A stretch of DNA of 16,268 bases from Terrimicrobiaceae bacterium (GTDB lineage: Bacteria; Verrucomicrobiota; Verrucomicrobiia; Chthoniobacterales; Terrimicrobiaceae). Shown piece after piece: positions 15,586 to 16,268 of the stretch (within the stretch, counting starts at the first letter, position 1; every line of letters starts with the position of its first letter). The notes under the pieces were generated by a model. That model was not told the DNA's origin, made no database searches, and saw only the letters and a list, made by a program, of their open reading frames with translations. Where the stretch lies: the NCBI GenBank assembly GCA_041752695.1, contig JBGSVZ010000015.1, positions 1 through 16,268 of the forward strand. The letters are read 5' to 3'. The translations under genes were made by a program, and so were the position numbers.

Positions 15586-15825
15586 GTCCTCCCAGCCTCA
15601 CAGGAAGCTCCCCACAGAGCAACACACCTGTAATCCCGATCACCAGGGGAAAGAATTTCACCCACCTGCCGTCCTCAGGCAGATAGATCGCGTGCACCCC
15701 TGACCGTTCCCTCGCCAACCTCAGAGTGATTTCGCCTCGAGCCCTGTCCGCGAGTTCGCTCGGAAACACGAGTCAGGCATCCGCGGGACCTTATTTCTGG
15801 AATACCCGATCCCCCAATTTTTTTT

Positions 15826-15857
15826 ACAATAGATGTCCCAGGTGGGACATCTATTGT
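15826..15857. repeat. Perfect 15-bp inverted repeat (operator-like)
   Basis: ACAATAGATGTCCCA-GG-TGGGACATCTATTGT. Confidence 0.85.
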
Positions 15858-16019
15858 TGATGAGGAGGAAGGGAGGAGCGTATTCCTTTTGGCGAATGCG
15901 GGTTTCTGCTGGCGGAGGGGATGGCCGTTTGCGGTGCTAAGACCGTTACCAGACGGCCTGCGGCGGCTGGGAATCTCCTCCCACCCCAGGGAATCCCGAC
16001 TGGCTCAATTCCTCAGCGT

Positions 16020-16172
16020 TCACCGAACTTTTTTGATCTCGAATTTTTCCCCGGCAAGGGCTCTTTTGGCGTAGGCTCCCCAGAAGGGCGTGGGCGTATA
16101 ATCCCAATCGGAGATCATCACCGGCGTGGCAACGGTGTTGAAGGTAGCTGCTAAGTGACAACGCTTATTCAT
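16020..16172 (-). CDS. Possible small protein (50 aa)
   Basis: ATG 16172 gives MNKRCHLAATFNTVATPVMISDWDYTPTPFWGAYAKRALAGEKFEIKKVR. The composition is protein-like, but no homologue was recognised and there is no clear SD. Confidence 0.35.
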   Translation of the reverse strand: MNKRCHLAATFNTVATPVMISDWDYTPTPFWGAYAKRALAGEKFEIKKVR

Positions 16173-16205
16173 AACGTTAAGGGGCCAGCAGCCCCGCCAC
16201 GACCC

Positions 16206-16230
16206 TGGTTTTTCGGATATCGAAAAACCA
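16206..16230. repeat. Perfect 10-bp inverted repeat
   Basis: TGGTTTTTCG-GATAT-CGAAAAACCA. Confidence 0.7.
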
Positions 16231-16268
16231 TTCCTTTGATGGGAAGGCAAAAAAGAACGGCATTTCTG

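Noticed and set aside
15500..15780. 89-aa ORF 15500-15769 and 19-aa ORF MPDSCFRANSRTGLEAKSL (15780-15721) as precursor peptides
   Set aside because: Neither has a convincing RBS or motif, and the 89-aa ORF overlaps the ligase start by 86 bp.
15905..15945. SAM-I riboswitch-like words (GGCGGAGGG..TGGCC, GGTGCTAA)
   Set aside because: The P1 ATC/GAT and GCAACC core elements are missing and the spacing is wrong.

Overview
A GC-rich, densely coded bacterial chromosomal segment. Its gene content and style suggest Verrucomicrobiota/PVC, but this is inference only. From left to right it holds: the 5' part of gyrB (minus strand, absent from the ORF track); a divergent STT3/AglB/PglB-like oligosaccharyltransferase homologue; a coupled TetR-fold gene and UbiB/ABC1 (COQ8-like) kinase; a PhyH-family Fe/2OG dioxygenase with a divergent AraC regulator; a minus-strand run of a DUF362 protein, a squalene/phytoene synthase and a nucleoside hydrolase; hemW; a stand-alone cNMP-binding protein; a large secreted repeat/FN3/Ig protein; two tandem ATP-grasp ligases; and a palindrome-rich 680-bp end region with a possible 50-aa ORF. 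Four observations stand out. (1) The OST-like protein keeps the catalytic D/DH/TIxE motifs but has WWLSP in place of WWDYG. (2) A GTAG-type REP doublet lies in frame inside the squalene synthase gene. (3) Tandem NrdR-box-like sites 32 bp apart lie between gyrB and the OST-like gene. (4) The ATP-grasp pair sits behind a perfect 15-bp inverted repeat, a structured-RNA candidate and a small ORF. No rRNA, tRNA, CRISPR array or transposase was seen.
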